In this document: piece after piece, positions 32,284 through 46,282 of the stretch | Layout: the number at the start of each line of letters is the position of its first letter | Numbering within the stretch: the stretch's first letter is position 1 | Origin: Gemmatimonadota bacterium | Lineage (GTDB): Bacteria; Gemmatimonadota; Gemmatimonadetes; Palauibacterales; Palauibacteraceae | Length of the DNA stretch: 64,000 bases | Assembly (NCBI GenBank): GCA_035464655.1 | Contig: DATHRZ010000044.1 | Coordinates: forward strand, 33,015 to 97,014 | Direction of reading: 5' to 3' | Notes under the pieces: generated by a model | What the model was told of the DNA's origin: nothing | Database searches by the model: none | Seen by the model: the letters and a program-made list of their open reading frames with translations, nothing else | Program-made: the position numbers and the translations under genes

Positions 32284-32970
32284 ATGCTGGACGAGCTCGA
32301 GAAGCTCCTCGGACTGATCTCGCGGATTCCGGTCGAGACGATCTACCTGCTGATCGCGGCGGGCGCCGCAGTCGAGAACGTCTTCCCACCCATCCCGTCC
32401 GACGTCGTCGTGCTGGCCGGCGCGATCCTCGCAGACCGGGGCGTCCTGCGTCCCGACATCGTCTTCCTCGTCGCTTGGACCGGGAATCTCGCGCTCAGTC
32501 TCGCGGTGTACGCCGCCGCCCGTTCGTATGGCGCAGGCCTGTTCGCCACACGCTGGGGTCGCTGGCTGCTGCGTCCGCGGCAACTCGAGCGCATGGCCGT
32601 GTTCTACGATCAGTACGGAACGCTCACCGTCCTCGTGAGTCGCTTTTTCCCAGTGTTTCGGGTGCTCGTACCCGCGTTCGCGGGCGTCAGCCGCCTCGGC
32701 TTCTGGCGCACGGCCATCCCGCTGGCCACCGCTTCGGCCGTCTGGTACGGGGTGCTCGTGGGCGCGGGGATCCTGCTGTCTCGCAATCTCCCGCGGTTGG
32801 TGGAGGCCGTGCAAACGGTGAACGCGACGGCCGCCGGCATCGCACTGCTCGTGGCCGGGCTGATCGGCTTCGTGTGGTGGCGGACGCGCCATCATGACGA
32901 CGAAGAGTCGGGCGACGGCGCAGATGGCTCCGAGGGCGAACTCGACGACATGCCGGGCGGTGAGTCGTGA
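32284..32970 (+). CDS. DedA/SNARE-associated family membrane protein
   Basis: Multi-TM protein with DedA signature segments ([17 protein letters not shown] ... [19 protein letters not shown]). Confidence 0.75.
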   Translation: MLDELEKLLGLISRIPVETIYLLIAAGAAVENVFPPIPSDVVVLAGAILADRGVLRPDIVFLVAWTGNLALSLAVYAAARSYGAGLFATRWGRWLLRPRQLERMAVFYDQYGTLTVLVSRFFPVFRVLVPAFAGVSRLGFWRTAIPLATASAVWYGVLVGAGILLSRNLPRLVEAVQTVNATAAGIALLVAGLIGFVWWRTRHHDDEESGDGADGSEGELDDMPGGES

Positions 32971-33902
32971 CGTCGTCGCCGGCGACGCCCGACGAGCCGG
33001 TAGCCTTCCGCCTGGAGGAGTTCGCCGACTACTTGCGGTTCGAGCGCCGGTCGTCGCCGCGCACCGTCAAGGCCTATCTGCGCGACTGCCGGGGAATGAT
33101 CGGAACGGCCATCGAACTTCACCGCCGCGGGCCGGCCGAACTGGAGCTGTCCGACCTGCGCGAACACCTGTCGCGCCTGTCGGATCGCGGCCTGGCACCG
33201 TCGACGCTCGCCCGCTGCCGATCGGCGCTGCGCACGTACTTCCGCTTTCTGCTCGGCGAGGGGCACGTGGAATCCGACCCCACCGAGGGCCTGGAGGCAC
33301 CGTCGCGAGGGCGACCGCTGCCACATGTGTTGACCTACGAGGGGGTCCTCGCGATCCTCGAGGCGATCGACATCGAGCACGCACTGGCGAACCGCGATCG
33401 GGCGATGCTGGAAGTGCTGTACGGAAGCGGAGTAAGGATCTCGGAGCTCACCGCGCTTCGAGTTCGAGACCTGCGGATGGACGAGGACCTCGCCGTGGTG
33501 CGGGGGAAGGGCGATCGGCAGCGCCTCGTTCCGCTGGGTGGGAGTGCGGCGCGGGCGCTGCAGAGGTATCTTCGCGACACACGTCCCGGCCTCGATGCGC
33601 GGGGGGAATCGGACGGCGTCGTGTTCCTCAACCATCACGGGCGTCCACTCAGTCGGACCGGAGCCTGGAAGATCGTCCGGCGACACGTCGATGCGGCGAA
33701 GGCGGGAGGGGCCCGGCTTGGCCCCGTCACCCCGCACACGTTCCGGCACACCTTCGCCACCCATCTGCTCGAGAACGGCGCCGATCTGGCCGCGGTGCAG
33801 GAGATGCTGGGCCATGCCGACATATCAACGACCCAGATCTACACGCACGTCGACCGCACGTACCTGCGCGAGGAGCACCGCCGGTACCATCCCCGGGCCT
33901 GA
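32967..33902 (+). CDS. Tyrosine site-specific recombinase, XerC/XerD type
   Basis: Core-binding N-domain, plus catalytic residues in ARG ... [39 protein letters not shown] (the R-H-R-Y family). Chromosomal-dimer-resolution type rather than a phage integrase, judged by size and context. Confidence 0.8.
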   Translation: MTSSPATPDEPVAFRLEEFADYLRFERRSSPRTVKAYLRDCRGMIGTAIELHRRGPAELELSDLREHLSRLSDRGLAPSTLARCRSALRTYFRFLLGEGHVESDPTEGLEAPSRGRPLPHVLTYEGVLAILEAIDIEHALANRDRAMLEVLYGSGVRISELTALRVRDLRMDEDLAVVRGKGDRQRLVPLGGSAARALQRYLRDTRPGLDARGESDGVVFLNHHGRPLSRTGAWKIVRRHVDAAKAGGARLGPVTPHTFRHTFATHLLENGADLAAVQEMLGHADISTTQIYTHVDRTYLREEHRRYHPRA

Positions 33903-33911
33903 GAGTCGGAC

Positions 33912-34451
33912 GTGAGCCACCTGTCGCGCGTGTTTCAGCTGCTGCGCAACCGGCAGACCGTTGACGGGTACGCCGAGCGACCTGTCCCGTCGGCTTCGCT
34001 CGCCCGCATCCTCGAGGCGGGCCGTTACGCCCCGTCGACCCGCGAGTCACAGCCCTGGCGCTTCGTCGTCGTCCAGGACGTCATGGTCCGGTATAAGCTC
34101 GCGGCGGCGGCGTTCAACAATCCGCTCCTGCGCTCGGCGCCCGTGGTGATCGTGGCGTGTGCCAGGGTTCATTCCCTGGTCAGCGGAAGCGGCCGGCCGA
34201 GCCACCCGGTCGACGTCGCGGCGGCCGTCCAGTGCATGACGATGACCGCCGCGGACCTGGGGCTCGCGGCCGCATGGATCACCGGATACCGTGAGCCGGG
34301 CGTTCGAGAACCCCTCGACATTCCCTCGGACGTGCCGGTCGTGGCCCTGCTCACGATCGGATACGCCGATGGCTTCGCGCCACTCACGGCGCGTCGGGCC
34401 GAGGACGAAGTGGTCGCATGGGAGAATTGGGGAAAGGACGGCGATTGGTGA
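33912..34451 (+). CDS. Nitroreductase-family protein
   Basis: 179 aa with [32 protein letters not shown], the classic FMN-binding N-terminal motif. Confidence 0.75.
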   Translation: MSHLSRVFQLLRNRQTVDGYAERPVPSASLARILEAGRYAPSTRESQPWRFVVVQDVMVRYKLAAAAFNNPLLRSAPVVIVACARVHSLVSGSGRPSHPVDVAAAVQCMTMTAADLGLAAAWITGYREPGVREPLDIPSDVPVVALLTIGYADGFAPLTARRAEDEVVAWENWGKDGDW

Positions 34452-34471
34452 GGACACGAATCCGAACCGAC

Positions 34472-35944
34472 ATGAACGCGTTGCGGCCGGCGGCCGTGGC
34501 GGTTCTGGCGCTCGGCCTGGTCCTACCGACCTCCCTGGCGGCCCAGGACATCCGCTTCGATCCCCGTCCCGATCGCCCGGAAGAGCGCCGGCTCGAGACG
34601 TTTCTCGAGGGCGACTTCGTGCTCATCCAGACGGACACGGTCCTCGGTCCGGAGACGCGCATCGAGGGCAACCTGCTCGTCCTCGAAGCCGACGTGCGGA
34701 TCTCGGGCACGATCACCGGCGACGTGGCGGCGGTCGGCGCCGACCTGTTTCTGCGGCCGGGGGCCTCGATCGAGGGCGGTATTCTGTCGCTGGGCGGGGG
34801 GCTGTACGCGTCGAGCCGGGCCGAGGTCGAGGGCGATGTGACGTGGCGGCCCAACGAGGTCTATCTGCTTCGGCGAGATGCGGAGACGATACGCATCCTG
34901 CCGGTGCGCGACGTGCCCGAAACCGTCACGCTGCACGGTCTCTCGGGCATCCTGTTTCCGGGCTATCAGCGAGTGGACGAGTGGACGCTCGGCCTGGGGG
35001 CCACGGTACGGCACGTCGAGTGGGACTGGCAGCCGTCGCTCGAGGCCCGCGTGCGCCTAAAGACGGAGCGGGGTGACCTCGAGGGTACTCTTCGCCACGC
35101 CTGGGTTCCGACAAGCGCCCTGCAGTTCGGCGTCGAGGCGGAGCGGACGACCCGGACGAACGAGGGATGGGTGCGGGGCGAGGTCGCCAACAGTCTGTCG
35201 TACTTCTTCGCGGGCGACGACTTTCGAAATTACTACGAGGCCGATCGCGTCGCCCTGTTCCTGCGCGGGACGGAGACGGCCCGCCTTTCACCGATCGTCG
35301 AGCTCGAATGGGAGAAGGCTCGAAGCCTCGAGGCCGAGGACCAGTTCGTGTTGTTCGCCTCCGACGATGCGGTACCGAATCCGGCCATCGACGCCGGAGA
35401 GATCGTCTCGGCCCGTCTCGGGCTGGAATATCGCCGCCGAACGGTGGAGACGAAGTTGCGCACGATGGCGATCGTCGAGGCCGCCGACTCCAGTGCCGCC
35501 GGAGATTTCAGCTACGTGTTCGGGGAAGTGAACGCGTCATGGGCCGGCCCGGCGCTCATCGGGCACGGCGTGGAGGGGTTCTTCATGCTGCGGGGCGACC
35601 TGTCGGGCGAACTCCCACGCCAGCGCTGGACGTCGGTCGGTGGCCTGGCGACCCTCCCTCGCCTGCCGCTGCTGTCGGAACGAGGAGCCCGCTTCGCGTA
35701 CGGACAGGTCACTTATCTGATTCCCGTCGACCGCCTGCGGGTCGGGCTGCTCGGTCCGCCCCGGCTCTTCCTGCGTGCCGCCACGGGAGCGGCCTGGAAT
35801 TCCGGCGAGTCGGCTGGGTTCGAAACCAACCTCAGCGCCGGGGTACGCCTGTTCGTGTTCGAGCTCGCCGTGGCGGCCGATCCCGGGGCCTCCGACCTCG
35901 ATCCGGCCGTCTATGCCACTCTCAGGTTCCCGGGCGACCTGTAG
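34472..35944 (+). CDS. Secreted protein with a bactofilin-like beta-helical N-domain and a long amphipathic C-terminal domain (possible beta-barrel)
   Basis: Signal peptide MNALRPAAVAVLALGLVLPTSLAAQD. Bactofilin-like repeats appear in IEGNLLVLEADVRISGTITGDVAAVGADLFLRPGASIEGGILSLGGGLYASSRAEVEGDV. The C-terminal roughly 380 aa have alternating hydrophobic/polar periodicity. Confidence 0.6.
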   Translation: MNALRPAAVAVLALGLVLPTSLAAQDIRFDPRPDRPEERRLETFLEGDFVLIQTDTVLGPETRIEGNLLVLEADVRISGTITGDVAAVGADLFLRPGASIEGGILSLGGGLYASSRAEVEGDVTWRPNEVYLLRRDAETIRILPVRDVPETVTLHGLSGILFPGYQRVDEWTLGLGATVRHVEWDWQPSLEARVRLKTERGDLEGTLRHAWVPTSALQFGVEAERTTRTNEGWVRGEVANSLSYFFAGDDFRNYYEADRVALFLRGTETARLSPIVELEWEKARSLEAEDQFVLFASDDAVPNPAIDAGEIVSARLGLEYRRRTVETKLRTMAIVEAADSSAAGDFSYVFGEVNASWAGPALIGHGVEGFFMLRGDLSGELPRQRWTSVGGLATLPRLPLLSERGARFAYGQVTYLIPVDRLRVGLLGPPRLFLRAATGAAWNSGESAGFETNLSAGVRLFVFELAVAADPGASDLDPAVYATLRFPGDL

Positions 35945-35985
35945 CACGGCCTTGAACGACACGCACGCAGGGGTGGCTCGGCGCT

Positions 35986-36015
35986 TTGACACCGCCTTCC
36001 GGCGGGTACTACATT
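35986..36015 (+). promoter_or_regulatory. Candidate promoter of the kdsB-to-rpoN operon (TTGACA ... TACATT), with an embedded inverted repeat CCGCC-TTCC-GGCGG between the -35 and -10 hexamers
   Basis: TTGACA at 35986-35991, the inverted repeat at 35992-36005, and TACTACATT at 36007-36015. This sits in the 116-nt spacer, the only sizable gap upstream of this co-directional block. Confidence 0.35.
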
Positions 36016-36060
36016 ACGGAGCGTGAACGGATCGAGCCGGCCTTCCCGATTGCGCTTCAA

Positions 36061-39350
<3,290 letters not shown>

Positions 39351-39354
<4 letters not shown>

Positions 39355-39944
39355 CGGAGGCCACGCGGCTGGATCCGGAGCTCGCTCGACGCATACGGGT
39401 AGTGATCCTCGACGCGGACGGCGTGCTGACCGACGGCGGCATCTACGTGGCCGACGGCGAGCACGAGGCGTTCGGGCTGCGAAGATTCCACGTGCACGAC
39501 GGCGTGGGAATCATCATGCTGCGCCAGGCGGGGATCACGGTAGCCATCGTATCCGGAAAGCTGTCGCGAGCCGTGCGCGCCAGGGCAGCCGAGCTCGGGA
39601 TCGAGGAGGTGCACCAGGTGGACCCGTACGACAAGCTGCCGACCGTCGAGGCGATTCTCGACGGGGCGAACGTGGGCTGGGACGAGGCCGCATTCATGGG
39701 CGACGACATCGCCGACCTGGCCGTGCTTCGCGAAGTGGCGCTTCCGGTCGCGGTACCGGGGGCGGCGACCGAGGTTCACGCGGCCGCCGCGTGGACGAGC
39801 CGCACGGCCGGCGGTTCCGGCGCCGTGCGCGAGTTCGCGGAGGCGCTGCTGCGGGCGCGGGGCGAGTGGACGCCGCGGGTCGAGGCCTACGTCGAGGAGT
39901 GCCGGGCGCGCTGGCAGGCGGGCCGGGATGGCCGGGATGGCTGA
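39351..39944 (+). CDS. kdsC: Kdo-8-phosphate phosphatase (HAD superfamily)
   Basis: VVILDADGVLTDGGIY ... FHVHDGVGI ... GDDIADLAV. The GTG start overlaps the kdsA stop. Confidence 0.85.
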
Positions 39945-40935
39945 AGCGCCGGCGCCGTCGACGACGACGGACGAGCGCCTCATCGAGCGGGCGCGCGAAG
40001 TGCTCAGAATCGAGAGCGCGAGCGTCGCGGCTCTGGAAGGGCGCATCGGCCCCGAGTTCCTCGCGGCCGTGCGGCTGATCCATGGGCTCGAGGGCCGTCT
40101 CGTCGTCAGCGGGATGGGGAAGTCGGGGGGCGTGGCCCGTAAGCTCGCGTCGACCTTCTCCTCGACCGGGACCCCGGCCCTGTTTCTTCACCCGGCCGAA
40201 GGCATGCATGGCGACATCGGCGTGCTCGTGCGGGGTGACGCTCTGCTCGCGATCTCCAAGAGCGGGGAATCCCCGGAGCTGGCGCAGCTCCTTCCGACCG
40301 TCAACCGGCTCGGCCTGCCGATCGTCGCGATGACCGCAGGCGGAACGTCGCACCTGGCGCGCGAGGCCGACATCGTGCTCGACGTAGGGGTCGACGTCGA
40401 AGCCTGTCCGCACGACCTGGCGCCGACGGCGAGCAGCACGGCGGCCCTCGCGATGGGCGACGCCCTGGCCATGGCGCTCGTTGAGCTGCGGCAGTTCGGC
40501 CCCGAAGATTTCGCGCGCCTGCATCCGGGCGGCGAGCTCGGACGGCGCCTGACCTGGCGCGTGCGCGATGTCATGCTGACCGATCCCGACGTCGTCCCGC
40601 GCCTCGGGCCCGACGACGCACTCGACCGGGCGACGCACGAGATCGCGCACAAGCGGGGCACGGTCCCGGTCATCGACGAGGACGGCCGGCTGATCGGCGT
40701 GATCACGGCGGGCGACCTCACCCGGTTCGCGGCCGATCATCCCGACTTCATGCGGCGCCCGGTCCGGGACGCGATGAACCCGGACCCGTACCGCGTCGAT
40801 GAGGAGACGATGGCCACCGAGGCGCTGGCGAGTCTGCGGCGTCACGGCATCATGGCCCTGCCGGTGGTCGACGCCGACGGCAGGCTGCGCGGCATCGTCC
40901 ATCTGCACGACATGCTGCGGGCGGGCTTCGCGTGA
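39928..40935 (+). CDS. kdsD: Arabinose-5-phosphate isomerase (SIS domain plus tandem CBS domains)
   Basis: SIS motif VVSGMGKSGGVARKLASTFSSTGTPALFLHPAEGMHGD, plus a C-terminal CBS pair. Confidence 0.9.
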   Translation: MAGMAEAPAPSTTTDERLIERAREVLRIESASVAALEGRIGPEFLAAVRLIHGLEGRLVVSGMGKSGGVARKLASTFSSTGTPALFLHPAEGMHGDIGVLVRGDALLAISKSGESPELAQLLPTVNRLGLPIVAMTAGGTSHLAREADIVLDVGVDVEACPHDLAPTASSTAALAMGDALAMALVELRQFGPEDFARLHPGGELGRRLTWRVRDVMLTDPDVVPRLGPDDALDRATHEIAHKRGTVPVIDEDGRLIGVITAGDLTRFAADHPDFMRRPVRDAMNPDPYRVDEETMATEALASLRRHGIMALPVVDADGRLRGIVHLHDMLRAGFA

Positions 40936-41513
40936 CCCGCGCCGTGGGGCGCGTCCGGCGCTTCGGTTTCCTGAGTATGTTCGCGGCTCTGGCGGCAGCC
41001 TGTGGGGGCTCCGACGAGCCGTCGGGCGCCGACGGCGAGCCGTCGGTGTTCGCGTCGGGCGCCGACCAGGTCATGTTCGGCGTCGAGCAATACATCACGC
41101 AGGCCGGGATCCGGCGCGGCGTTCTGCGCGCCGATACCGCCTATATCTATGACGACGCCTCGCGGATCGAGATGCGCCGGCTCGAGATCCGTTTTTTCGA
41201 CGAGGCGGGCACCGATCTGGGACGGCTTACGGGACGCCGCGGCGAGTATCTGCTTCCCGCCGGGGACATGACCGTGCACGGCGCCGTGGAGTTGAACGGC
41301 CGGCTCCAGTCGGCGGCGCCTTCGGTGCTCGAGACGGATTCGCTCGCGTACGACGCGGCGGCCGACGAGCTGGCGACAGACGCGGCCTGGACGCTCACCC
41401 ATCCCGACGGCACGGTGGAGCAGGGAACCGGACTGGTCACCGACCCGGCGATGGAGAACATCCGGAGACGTGACTGGTCGGTGACGACCCCTGACGTCGC
41501 AGTGCCGCAGTGA
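40932..41513 (+). CDS. lptC: LptC-like LPS-export protein (lipoprotein form, lipobox LAAAC)
   Basis: Sits between kdsD and lptA. Signal peptide plus Cys lipobox, and an OstA/LptC-like beta-jellyroll sequence (QAGIRRGVLRADTAYIYDDASRIEMRRLEIRFFDEAG). Confidence 0.65.
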   Translation: MTRAVGRVRRFGFLSMFAALAAACGGSDEPSGADGEPSVFASGADQVMFGVEQYITQAGIRRGVLRADTAYIYDDASRIEMRRLEIRFFDEAGTDLGRLTGRRGEYLLPAGDMTVHGAVELNGRLQSAAPSVLETDSLAYDAAADELATDAAWTLTHPDGTVEQGTGLVTDPAMENIRRRDWSVTTPDVAVPQ

Positions 41514-42922
41514 GGGCCGCGGGGCGCGCCTTCCTGCTCGCCGCCTTCATGGCGGTCGTCGGTCCGCAGGGCGCCGCGGGGCAGGAGCGGTGCGGGCTGC
41601 GCATCACGGCTCCGTCGGCCAACTCCGTCGGTACGGCCGGCGGCGAAAGTACCATGCACCTCGGCGGCGGCACCGTCACGCTGCGCTGCGGGGCTGCCGT
41701 CATGACGGGCGACAGCGCGGTGCACTACGAAACCGAACAGCGGGCCGAGATGATCGGTAGCGTGGATTATCGCGACACCACGCGAACGCTGACCGCCGAT
41801 CGACTCACCTACTATGAACCCAACGGCCAGGTCGTGGCGCAGGGGAACGTCGAGCTCGTGCGGCTCGCGACCCGGGCCACACTGAGTGGCCCCCGGGTCA
41901 GCTTCTTCCGGGCCGGGGCCGGCGGCGGCGTCGGACGCACGCTGGCCACGGGGCGTCCGCACATGGTCATGCCGCCCGAGAGCGGGACGGGGCCACCGAT
42001 CGAGGTCGACGCCGACGAGGCGGAGTTTCTGGGCGACACCGTGGCGCACGCCCGGGGCGACGTTACGATCCGTCGGCCCGATTTCGACGCTACGGCCGAC
42101 AGCGCCCGGTTCGCCGATGAGACCGGCCGGCTGTTCGGCCGGCCGGTCGTCACGGCCCGTGGGATGCGTCTCGAGGGCGACAGCATCCACGCGGGGCTGG
42201 CGTCGGCCGGTGTCGACCGCCTTCATGCGTTCGGTGCGGCGCGGGGAGAAGGCGAGACGGTCCAGCTGGAGGCCGAGGAGATCCTCATTCTGACCAGCTC
42301 CGCCGACGACGAAGTGGAACGGATCGAGGCGTTCGGCGACCGCGCCCTCGCGGCCGCGGAAGCTTTCCTGGTCGCCGGCGACTCCCTGGACATCCGCTTC
42401 ACCGCCGGAAGGATCGATTCCGTGACGGCAACGGGTTCCGCGCGGTCCTTTCAGCTCGAAGGGGCCGAAGGGGGCGGGGACGCGGGCGCGCCGCAGGAGG
42501 GCGCGCAACAGGCGGAGCAGGAACACGCCGACGAGCCGCTGGTCGAGCCCGAGGCCGGTCTGTCCGACGAAACCGGCTGGATCGAGGGCGACACGATCCG
42601 GGCATGGTTCGAGGCACCCCCTGGCGGTCGGGGCGGGGTGGGAGGGGCGGCAGAGGGCGAGGACTCCGCCCGAATCCGCCGGCTGCTGGCCCGTGGCGCG
42701 GCACGGTCCTACTTCGCGGCTGTGAGGGACACGGCGCGGAGCGAGCGCGCGTCGCGCAACTACATCATCGGGGAACGCATCGACATCCGGTTCGCCGACG
42801 GCGAGCCCGCCGAGGTGACCGCCGACCAGGCCATCGGCGTGTTCCTCGAGCCCTCCGACGGCACCGCACGCGGGGGCGCCCCCCTCGGCGTTCGGCCGAC
42901 CGGGAGCGGAGGGCCGCCATGA
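41510..42922 (+). CDS. lptA: LptA/OstA-family periplasmic LPS-transport protein, unusually long (470 aa, about four OstA-like repeats)
   Basis: Signal peptide [25 protein letters not shown]. Repeated OstA-like segments ([25 protein letters not shown] ...; [27 protein letters not shown] ...; ... [18 protein letters not shown]) are separated by a Gly/acidic-rich linker. Sits directly upstream of lptB. Confidence 0.7.
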   Translation: MRAAGRAFLLAAFMAVVGPQGAAGQERCGLRITAPSANSVGTAGGESTMHLGGGTVTLRCGAAVMTGDSAVHYETEQRAEMIGSVDYRDTTRTLTADRLTYYEPNGQVVAQGNVELVRLATRATLSGPRVSFFRAGAGGGVGRTLATGRPHMVMPPESGTGPPIEVDADEAEFLGDTVAHARGDVTIRRPDFDATADSARFADETGRLFGRPVVTARGMRLEGDSIHAGLASAGVDRLHAFGAARGEGETVQLEAEEILILTSSADDEVERIEAFGDRALAAAEAFLVAGDSLDIRFTAGRIDSVTATGSARSFQLEGAEGGGDAGAPQEGAQQAEQEHADEPLVEPEAGLSDETGWIEGDTIRAWFEAPPGGRGGVGGAAEGEDSARIRRLLARGAARSYFAAVRDTARSERASRNYIIGERIDIRFADGEPAEVTADQAIGVFLEPSDGTARGGAPLGVRPTGSGGPP

Positions 42923-43641
42923 GCGTGCTGCGAGCCGAGGGCCTCGTGCGGAGCTTCGGCCGTCGGCGCGTGGTCGACGGCGTCGACCTCGAAGTCCGCC
43001 AGGGCGAGATCGTCGGCCTGCTCGGGCCGAACGGCGCGGGCAAGACGACGACGTTCTACATGATCGTCGGGCTGCTCGAGGCCGACGAGGGGGCCGTCTA
43101 CCTCGACGACAGGGACCTGACGCGGGTGCCGATGTACCGGCGCGCCCGCGCCGGCATCGGCTACCTGTCCCAGGAGCCGTCGATCTTCCGAAAGTTGACG
43201 GTCGAGCAGAACGTCATGGCGATTCTCGAGACGCTCGATCTCGACCGGAAGGCCCGCAAGGCGCGTCTCGAGGAACTGCTCGACGAGCTATCGATCGGAC
43301 ACCTGCGTAAGAACATGGCATACTCGCTGTCGGGGGGAGAACGGCGGCGGCTCGAGATCACGCGGGCGCTCGCCACGAGACCGAAGTTCATGCTGCTCGA
43401 CGAGCCGTTCGCCGGCGTCGACCCGATCGCCGTAGACGACATCCAGCGCATCGTGGCGGAGCTGCGGGAACGCGGTCTGGGCGTGCTGATCACCGACCAC
43501 AACGTGCGAGAGACGCTGCAGATTACCGACCGCGCCTACCTGATGTTCAACGGCGGCATCCACATAGAGGGACCCGCCGACCGCCTCGTGGAGGATCCGG
43601 AAGCCCGTAAGCTATATCTAGGCTTGGACTTCCGGCTCTGA
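42919..43641 (+). CDS. lptB: LPS-export ABC transporter ATPase
   Basis: Walker [13 protein letters not shown] signature [11 protein letters not shown], and Walker [13 protein letters not shown]. Start is the ATG at 42919. The upstream part of the track ORF is rejected. Confidence 0.95.
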   Translation: MSVLRAEGLVRSFGRRRVVDGVDLEVRQGEIVGLLGPNGAGKTTTFYMIVGLLEADEGAVYLDDRDLTRVPMYRRARAGIGYLSQEPSIFRKLTVEQNVMAILETLDLDRKARKARLEELLDELSIGHLRKNMAYSLSGGERRRLEITRALATRPKFMLLDEPFAGVDPIAVDDIQRIVAELRERGLGVLITDHNVRETLQITDRAYLMFNGGIHIEGPADRLVEDPEARKLYLGLDFRL

Positions 43642-43771
43642 CCCGCCGACCGCGGCATACTTCTAGCAATTGATGTGCCAGTACCCTCGCACACCAGCGC
43701 CCGGCGAGGTTATATTTGACCGTAGCCGCTGGAGTCATCGAGAACCCGAGACATGACGATACTGGCCACGT

Positions 43772-45214
43772 ATGAGTGATTACAAGCGAGGCCTCGGGCA
43801 GAGCCTGGGGATGCGCCAGGAGACCAAGATCAACCCGCGCCTGTACCAGGCGATGGATCTCCTGTACATGCCCCTCATGGATCTGCAGCAGCATCTCAAG
43901 CAGGAGCTCCTGGTCAACCCGTTCCTCGAGTTCTCCGAGCTGTCCGACGAGATCGAAGAGAATCCGATCGAAGAGCCGGAGGAGGACGAAGACGAGATGG
44001 ACTGGGAGGACATCCTCCTGAATGGCTTCGACGCGGGCGGCCGGCGTCAGCAGTACGACGGCGACCGCGAGACCTTCATGCCGACCCCGGCCGCGCCCCC
44101 CGATCTGTGGGATCACCTGCGCGAGCAGCTCAACCTGCTCACCCTGTCGCCACGCGATCTGTTGATGGGCGAGGAGATCGTCGGCAACGTCGATCGCGAG
44201 GGCTTCCTGACCTGTACGCTCGAGGAAGTGGTCAAGGCCCTCAACCAGCACCTTTCCGATGAAGAGCCCGAGTTGTGGGAGGAGATGGAGCCGTACACGA
44301 TCGAGGATGCCGAGCGGATGCTCGAGGTCGTGCAGGGCTTCGCGCCGAGCGGGATCGCCGCTCGTGACCTGCAGGAGACGCTGCTGATCCAGCTCCGGCA
44401 GCGCGGCGAGGACGAGGGCCTTCCGTACCGGCTCGTTCGCGACCACTTCGAACAGCTCGTGAACCATCGCTGGAGCGAGCTGTCGAAGGAGAACGGCATC
44501 TCGGCGAAGGAGGTCCAGGACGCGGCGGACCACATCGCCAGGCTCGATCCGAAGCCGGGCCTCAAGCACGCCGACATGGGCGACAACTACGTGACGCCCG
44601 ACCTGATCGTCGAGAAGATCGACGGCGAGTATCACGTGTTCCACAACGACTCGTCGCTGCCGCGGCTGAAGCTGTCGCGCTCGTATCGAGAGGTCGCGCG
44701 CGACAAGAACCAGTTCAAGGGCGACAACAAGGCATTCATCACCAAGAAGCTCAACAGCGCCCAGTGGATGATCCAGGCGATCGAGCAGCGGCGCCAGACG
44801 ATGCTCAAGGTGATGGGCTTCATCGTCGACCGGCAGCGCGAATTTTTCGAGAAGGGCGTCGAGCACCTGCGACCGCTCACGCTGCGCGAGGTGGCCGAGC
44901 ACATCGACATGCACGAATCGACCGTGTCGCGCGTGACGAACGACAAGTACGCCCAGACACCGCGCGGCGTCCTTCCGCTCAAGTACTTCTTCTCGAGCGG
45001 ACTGTCGACGGACTACGGCGAGGACGTGTCGGCCCGCGGGATCCGCGCGCGCATCGAGAAGCTCGTCGCCGACGAGAACCCGAAGAAGCCGCTGACCGAC
45101 CAGGCGATCGTCGACCGACTCAAGGCCGAGGGCGTTCAGATCGCGCGGCGCACCGTCGCCAAGTATCGCGATCAGCTCGGCATTCTGTCGGCCCGGATGC
45201 GCAAGCGCGTATGA
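43772..45214 (+). CDS. rpoN: RNA polymerase sigma-54 factor
   Basis: N-terminal Gln/Leu-rich region I, an acidic region II, and the C-terminal RpoN box ARRTVAKYR with the HTH. Confidence 0.95.
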   Translation: MSDYKRGLGQSLGMRQETKINPRLYQAMDLLYMPLMDLQQHLKQELLVNPFLEFSELSDEIEENPIEEPEEDEDEMDWEDILLNGFDAGGRRQQYDGDRETFMPTPAAPPDLWDHLREQLNLLTLSPRDLLMGEEIVGNVDREGFLTCTLEEVVKALNQHLSDEEPELWEEMEPYTIEDAERMLEVVQGFAPSGIAARDLQETLLIQLRQRGEDEGLPYRLVRDHFEQLVNHRWSELSKENGISAKEVQDAADHIARLDPKPGLKHADMGDNYVTPDLIVEKIDGEYHVFHNDSSLPRLKLSRSYREVARDKNQFKGDNKAFITKKLNSAQWMIQAIEQRRQTMLKVMGFIVDRQREFFEKGVEHLRPLTLREVAEHIDMHESTVSRVTNDKYAQTPRGVLPLKYFFSSGLSTDYGEDVSARGIRARIEKLVADENPKKPLTDQAIVDRLKAEGVQIARRTVAKYRDQLGILSARMRKRV

Positions 45215-46275
45215 CGCGGCCGGACGGCGCCCGGACCTCCCGGGCTCCGGTCGCCATCCCTGATACCGCCCTCCGGCCCCCGGACGGCGGGCCCGCCTTC
45301 GCCGTCATCGTCCCGGCCTACGACGAGGCCGAGAACATGCCCGACCTGTTCGGCGAACTCGCCGACACGTTCCGGCGCCACGAACTCAACGGGGAAGTGG
45401 TGCTGGTCGACGACGGATCGACCGACGGTACGACCACCGCCGCCGAGCGCGCGGCCGCGGACGCCGGGCTCACCCGCGTGCGCTTCCTGCGCCACCGCAG
45501 GAACCGGGGGAAGACGGCGGCAATCGTCACGGCCGCCCGGTCGACCTCCGCCCCCGTGTTCGTCCTGTTCGACGCCGACCTGCAGCACTCCACCGACGAG
45601 ATCCCGCGCTTTCTGGACGCGATCGCGTCGGGTCACGACGTCGTCACGGGTCGCAAGATCGGCCGGTATTCCAAGCGATTCGTTTCCTCGATCTACAATG
45701 GGCTGTCGCGGCTCGTCTTTCGCGTTCCGGTGCACGACCTCAACTCGATGAAGGCGTTCCGCCGCGAGGTGCTCGACGACCTTCGCCTGCGCGAGGACTG
45801 GCACCGGTACCTGGTCGTGATGGCCCACGCGCACGGCCATTCGATCGGAGAGATCGACATCGAGCTGCTCGAACGGCGCCACGGAGAGTCGAAGTACCGG
45901 GGCAGCGGCCGAATCCTGGTCGGGACGCTCGACTTGCTCAGTGTCTGGTTCCAGGTCGTATTCAGCCGGAAGCCCATGCTGTTTTTCGGACTCACGGGCC
46001 TCGGACTGTTCGCGCTCGGCGGCCTGACCGGCCTGATCGCTCTGTACCTGCGGTTCGTGCATGGCGTCGGCTTCCGGCCCCTGCTCACCCTCGTTCTGCT
46101 GCTAGTCCTGCTTGGCGGGCTGCTGTTCGTCGCCGGGCTGATCGCCGAGCTCGTCGCCGGCCTGCGCGCGGAACTGGAGGGCCTGCGCAGCGAGTTGCGG
46201 GAGGCGAGGTCGGAAGGGGAGTCGGAAGCGGGTTCGGCCGGGCGCCGCGAGCGTCTCTCGCCCCCGGAGTCCTGA
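45211..46275 (+). CDS. GT2-family polyprenol-phosphate glycosyltransferase (GtrB/ArnC-like, two C-terminal TM helices)
   Basis: FAVIVPAYDEAENM ... VVLVDDGSTDGT ... DADLQH, followed by a C-terminal TM pair and a coiled-coil tail. The ATG overlaps the rpoN stop (ATGA at 45211-45214). Confidence 0.8.
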   Translation: MTRPDGARTSRAPVAIPDTALRPPDGGPAFAVIVPAYDEAENMPDLFGELADTFRRHELNGEVVLVDDGSTDGTTTAAERAAADAGLTRVRFLRHRRNRGKTAAIVTAARSTSAPVFVLFDADLQHSTDEIPRFLDAIASGHDVVTGRKIGRYSKRFVSSIYNGLSRLVFRVPVHDLNSMKAFRREVLDDLRLREDWHRYLVVMAHAHGHSIGEIDIELLERRHGESKYRGSGRILVGTLDLLSVWFQVVFSRKPMLFFGLTGLGLFALGGLTGLIALYLRFVHGVGFRPLLTLVLLLVLLGGLLFVAGLIAELVAGLRAELEGLRSELREARSEGESEAGSAGRRERLSPPES

Positions 46276-46282
46276 GCCGCTC

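Noticed and set aside
32967-33902. XerC/XerD-type tyrosine recombinase as a marker of a mobile element or island
   Set aside because: It is full-length with chromosomal Xer-type features, sits among housekeeping genes with no flanking repeats, tRNA, or phage or transposon genes, and local composition is uniform.
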